Shown here piece by piece: positions 62,201 to 64,000 of a DNA stretch of 64,000 nt (position 1 is the first letter of the stretch; each line of letters opens with the position of its first letter). The notes beneath the pieces are model-generated. The model was not told the DNA's origin and did no database searches. It saw only the letters and a program-made list of their open reading frames with translations. The DNA lies in the NCBI RefSeq assembly GCF_963921235.1, contig NC_086108.1, forward strand, positions 90,956,001 to 91,020,000. The letters run 5' to 3'. This DNA comes from Mobula hypostoma (Eukaryota). The translations under genes were made by a program, and so were the position numbers.

Positions 62201-64000
62201 GTATCCTGGCCTCATGACCAACCAAGGTAAAGGTTGTAGACAGATTAAGAAGAATGTATTAGTATTCTTATAACAGCAAACTGCTAGGAAATCTTATCAT
62301 GGTATTGTAAATTCCTTTCCATTCAGAAAAATAGGTAAGCAACATGTTCTCAAGTCTTTGTAGGTGAAGGGAATGTTGCACGTAGGGCAATAGTTTGCAA
62401 GTAAAGTTGGGAAAAGGTCAACAAAAGGAATATCCCACCGCACCATTTAGTTTAGAGCAGCTCTTTATAAACCAAATTTTCCACTGGAAGTGAGCCAGCT
62501 TCCAGATGCTATTGGTGAGATAGTAATTCAGTAGAGGTTTCCTTATCAAGTACCAGCTAAGTGAGTAATGTTCTCCATGGAGTTCTAAGGGTTAATTAAT
62601 ATTTATAATGGCAGCAGAGATCTAATATCTTTGGTGAGATTATATTATTCATGCTGTATGTGCATTTGATTGAGGAGCATTTAAAAACATCCTGTTGTGC
62701 TTGTAGACTGTTCCTAGTTTGATTTGTCAGCACAGCAGTGATCGGTGCACTTTAATAGAGAAGCAGTACATTGTGCAAAGCAGCTTTAAGATGTTTCAAC
62801 ATGAAAGACCCTATCTAATTGTAAATATTATTATAATATATAAATATGGTAAAATCCTTGGTGCCTCTTGACAGTTGCTAATTACTGTCTTAATTGACGA
62901 CAGCCAGATCAGCTCAATTAAAAAAAAAACTACTGGATGGTTTAGTGATGGAAAATGGTAAGAAGAATTGTCTTTGGGTTTAAGTTCTGTCAAACAGCTA
63001 ATATATTAGTAAACCAGCTTTTGGAAGAATCTTTCAGTACCAGCTGTTTGGTTCATTATAATTTTGTATGACTGATCCTCTGAGTGCTTCATTTATAACC
63101 ATTATGTGTGAAATTGTAATTTCATATGGACCTCCGTAATCTACATTTTAATATATATGTAGTCAGATTTTCCCTGAGAATATACATCTTTAGAATAATG
63201 GGAGTGTACAATGCACAAATTAAAATTTAATCCAAAATGGCAAATTAGAATATGTCTTCCACAAAGAGTAATTTCAAATGCATAAAATACATTTGGACAG
63301 AAATGTTATTCTGGTACCATTCACTACTGCAATTGTTAGATTATGCAATTAATAAATTACTAGCATTATATTAGACAATGTTATAGCTAAGAAAAGATTT
63401 AGAAAAATTACATACTTTGAAAATTAGTTGCCAAAATTTTCAAAACAATACCATTTCATCTGAATGAATCTATATTTAAAGTAATGCTTATTCATCCTAG
63501 TTTAGTAATTATGGTTGTTTTCATAGATGCATATATTTTACTTAATCCAGAACTGATAAAATTCTTTTAAAAATGCATGCAGAATAATTATTCTAATTGA
63601 GAGACATTGTGCACTTCTTAATAAAAAGAAAATGAAACGACCATATTTTATCTCTTACAAAATGAATCTTTTGTTATTATTACCCACTGCATTCAACATA
63701 AAGCAATCATTTAACTATTGTACTGAATTCCTCGTGAGTTGATTCTACATATCATCTTTGAAACTTCAAGCTATTTTATTGCATGTACAAGGAATAACTC
63801 TTTCAAAGGTTGTAAGTACTTCATAAATCAATATACATTCAAACTAACGCATATTTTTATACGAGCATACAATGTGTTTATATCTCCTATATATAATTGA
63901 AATAACCTCTTTCAGTCCTAATCCTTATGCAAAAGACAGTCCAATTCACTTCTAGTACTTTTGGAAATACATTGTTCAAAATGAATACTGCAGTTTCATC

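Overview
This is vertebrate genomic DNA, not prokaryotic. The repeat landscape (CR1, Rex/Babar, Penelope-like, RTE, tRNA-SINEs) suggests a cartilaginous fish, probably a ray (inference). The window lies inside the dihydropyrimidine dehydrogenase gene DPYD (+ strand). Three phase-0 coding exons matching human exons 14, 15 and 16 are at 1220-1384, 42046-42114 and 51957-52040, separated by introns of 40,661 and 9,842 bp; exon 17 was not found. Much of the intronic DNA is nested, decayed transposon sequence, which explains nearly all of the supplied ORFs. The most notable signal is a set of minimal type-I hammerhead ribozyme motifs carried by Penelope-like element termini. Three have intact cores on the DPYD pre-mRNA strand: one in a 115-bp TSD-flanked unit, one in a ~140-bp unit, and one paired with its own antisense copy in a ~240-bp hairpin. 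Other signals: a candidate decayed large exon of an unknown antisense gene split by a Penelope insertion (about 53.9-56.5 kb), a nearly intact CpG-rich RTE LINE with putative non-autonomous partners, and several TE-free islands that may be conserved non-coding elements. No wholly new system can be established from sequence alone. Boundaries of old repeats are approximate, and family names come from motif recognition rather than database searches.
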